Assembly: GCA_964035545.1 (NCBI GenBank)
Contig: OZ037771.1
Span: 15,409,289-15,473,288 of the forward strand
DNA length: 64,000 nt
Reading direction: 5' to 3'
Source of the DNA: Bugula neritina
Taxonomy: Eukaryota; Animalia; Bryozoa
The position numbers were made by a program, and so were the translations under genes. A model generated the notes under the pieces. That model did no database searches, had not been told where the DNA came from, and was given only the letters and a program-made list of their open reading frames with translations. Shown here in pieces: positions 60,960-64,000 of the stretch. Numbering within the stretch: position 1 is the first letter of the stretch; each line of letters starts with the position of its first letter.

Positions 60960-62756
60960 CTGAAACACACAATGAGATGAGTGAGGAGACAGACAGACAC
61001 ACAGACAGACAGCTGCACTCTGTACATGACGAGGCTGCTGAGTGGAGGACAAACAGACAGACACGGCAGCGAGGCACTATTTCACAACTCATGGTTGTGA
61101 CAGCAGATACAACTGTTGATAAATAGTGTAAGCAATGACATAAGCAATATACACTACTGTTATATACACACTCCTACAGAGTATATGACAGACACTCCTA
61201 CAGAGTATATGACAGACAATCCTACATTACAGTCAAGTAAACACCACCTACACTGTATGATGAGAAGAGATTATCTCAAGTGTTGAGTGGGATAAGTGGT
61301 GGTAGTGGTAGGCAGCACTGGTACCACTGGTACTGCTGCCTACAAACTATTGACATTGCTGCCTACAAACTATTGACACAGGGCGTAGAACCATCTGCCT
61401 ATATGATGACAACACTTGAATATTCAAATCAAGTTTAAATCCTTTACTAGAAGAACTGAGTGAAGACACGCCTGTTCTGTATATACTGATGCGACAAATA
61501 GGCAAGGATAAACAACTCCCGATAGCTGTGAGGCCCAGATAGCCACCCTCTAGTAACTCAACCTTAAAATACTAACTCAACCTTAAAATACTAGCTCAAC
61601 CTTAAAATAGACAATTACGAAATATTTGAAAATATGCCAGTTCATCACATCAACATTTTCTCATGAAACTTTTCACACATCATAAATTTAGCAAGGCTGA
61701 ATGTGAGTTTATGTAATATCAATATTTACCAGTTCTATTGCTTAACTTTGTGGGTACCAGAGCATTGCAGGTCAAAGGTTAATCAACATGGCGTAAAAGC
61801 AAAGTAAGATGGGAAAACTCCAACATGGAGAAGTAATCACGAGACAAGTAAAACCCTATGCCAGGAACCTTTCTGGTGGTATGAGGTGAAAGTTTACAAA
61901 GTAGTGATGAAACCACAAGTGCCTAGATCAGGAGATGGTAGAGAAGAGATTGTATGGTAGAGTACAGAGCTTTATGGACCCCTTCATTTCATTTTATATT
62001 CAGTATTTGATATTTATTTGAATATACAACACTTGACATTTCATTCCAGCAACACTTGTAAAGTATACAGAAAATAAAATGTTTCATCATACGAATAGAA
62101 CTGCCAACAAAATTCTATGCGTTAGGTTGACACCATTCCAAATAATTAGAAATGCCAAATTCAAAACCGATTTCATGGAACTGGAGGGAGTGTGAAGAGC
62201 CATAAATATGTATGGAGGAGGAGAAATGCGGATGTTTACCGCAATGGTGCAGATTTCTTCACCAATTCATTACAAAAGAAATTCAGAGCGTGGCAGTTCT
62301 GCATATTTTACATTGTCTGCACTTAATGAAACGGTAATATATTACATGTAAAACCATGGAGAATGTGAAATTATTACAGGACATTCAAAGGTCAAACGAA
62401 GGCCAGGTGATAACTTTATCACAAAGAAAGCAACAGTCAAGTTGTATTGTAATTTCTGAGAGACATGCTATTCAGTAGACACATGACAGTATACTGGCTG
62501 GTGTAAGCTTGTTCCTGCCAGGAGTGACATCAGAAGACAAGAAAGTGCTTCTGTGAATGACAGAGTGGAAAGCGACTTTCAACCTCCAATAGGATTAACA
62601 CCCAAACAGCATTTTACATCAGAACTAATGTAGGTAATTGGATAAAAACGCCAAAAAACAAAAAGTAAAATTGTGTTGAAATTAAAGTGAAGTTTACTAG
62701 TAGTCCAGAAGTTGCATCTCTAATTTTCCAACCATAGTGTTTCAGCAACAGCAGTG

Positions 62757-63152
62757 AGTGGGGGAGAGAGAGAGGGAGAGGGAGAGAGGGAGGAGGGGGA
62801 GGGGGAGGGGGAGAGAGAGAGGGAGAGGGAGAGAGAGGGAAAGGGAGAGGGAGGGAGGGAGAGGGAGAGAGGGAGGAGGGGGAGGGGGAGGGGGAGAGAG
62901 AGAGGGAGAGGGAGAGAGAGGGAAAGGGAGAGGGAGGGAGGGAGAGAGAGAGGGAGAAGGAGAGAGGGAGGAGGGGGAGGGGGAGGGGGAGAGAGAGAGG
63001 GAGAGGGAGAGAGAGGGAAAGGGAGAGGGAGAGAGGGAGAGAGGGAGAGAGGGAGAGAGGGAGAGAGGGAGAGAGAGAGAGAGGGAAAGGGAGAGGGAGG
63101 GAGGGAGAGAGAGGGAGAGGGAGAGGGAGAGAGGGAGAGAGGGAGAGAGAGA
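62757..63152 (+). repeat. ~390-bp pure polypurine (G/A) tract
   Basis: Only G and A; source of the spurious GERE ORFs. Confidence 0.95.
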
Positions 63153-64000
63153 ATCGGTAACAGAGATATAGATGGTAAGAAAATGAAGGTAGTAAAAGTG
63201 GTCAGGTAGATTTACTGCTAATAGAAATTGTTGTCAACTATGTAGGTTTCCTATGGCAGCTTTTCAAGAAAAAAAGAAGTCAGAAACCTTTTTGGCCCAT
63301 CAGAGCTGAATGTTATGTGCTAGAGCGTGAAATGTATTCAGCCACCATTCTTGTATCTTTTCCAAGGTAGGTGTAATGATATGTTTGAAATCATACGTTT
63401 GTCTAATTCATTATTCAGCCATGTCTATCCTTTGAAAGTGATTGAAGCCATTTATTTATTTCAAGGTAAACTCAAAGCTTTAATATTGCAAATATTGATG
63501 CATAGGAATGTATCCATTACATAAGAGTCTTAAAATAAACATTAACTTGACACAAGAGCCATGAAGCTATGACAGGAACATACCTGCTGAGTATGTGAGT
63601 ACCAACAAGTTGTTAACTAGCTGATGTGAGCAACCTATCAGCCTCTAAAACACAAACAGGAACCTAAAGGCTTTCGAGTTGTCTGCGCAAATACAACTTC
63701 AAGTCTAGCAGTATTTAGAGCCCTCCATTAAATTAACAGCTTCACTTCAAACTACTGCTAATGGAACTTGCACACCCAATATTGTAATGCTGAACGGGGG
63801 GGGGGGGGTAGATTATCTGATCATAAAGCTGGGCATAAAGCTGTAAAGAATTGTAGACCTAGGACTTGGACTAGGAGAAAATAAAATAACGCTAGTTGGA
63901 AAGGCAGATCTCCTCATGAAAACTGTTTGAATATGAATACTAGGCTGGAAGTGTTGAAACAGGACCTGATTGTCTGTAACTATCTAGCATCAACAGAAGA

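Noticed and set aside
63583-63630. Donor-like CAG|gtatgt as the upstream MICU exon
   Set aside because: The translation does not match the expected YTEYLFLL..LT segment; the true exon is probably outside the window.

Overview
AT-rich metazoan (invertebrate) genomic DNA. Almost all long ORFs in the track are translations of tandem repeats; the real genes are spliced and all lie on the minus strand. By tracing GT-AG exons with consistent phases I reconstruct four genes. (1) An EF-hand + WD40 gene of the WDR49/CFAP337-EFCAB8-WDY family (21 exons, 16681 to <1, running off the left edge). (2) A short uncharacterised poly-Q gene (18372-17234). (3) A KLF3/8/12-type Kruppel-like factor with a PIDLS CtBP motif and three candidate alternative first coding exons. 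(4) The 3' half of a MICU2/3-type mitochondrial calcium uptake gene (60959-51107). A 524-bp non-autonomous hAT element with a perfect 8-bp TSD lies in a KLF intron. The most striking property is that most introns are filled by their own distinct mini/microsatellite, and several repeat units are copies of the host's own splice junctions or adjacent exon. One 127-nt intron is four tandem GT..AG mini-introns, and one array is about 28 copies of an exon's donor site with GT changed to GC. The WD and MICU genes also carry several frame-preserving candidate microexons (12-48 nt). Exon models are from sequence alone and need RNA confirmation.
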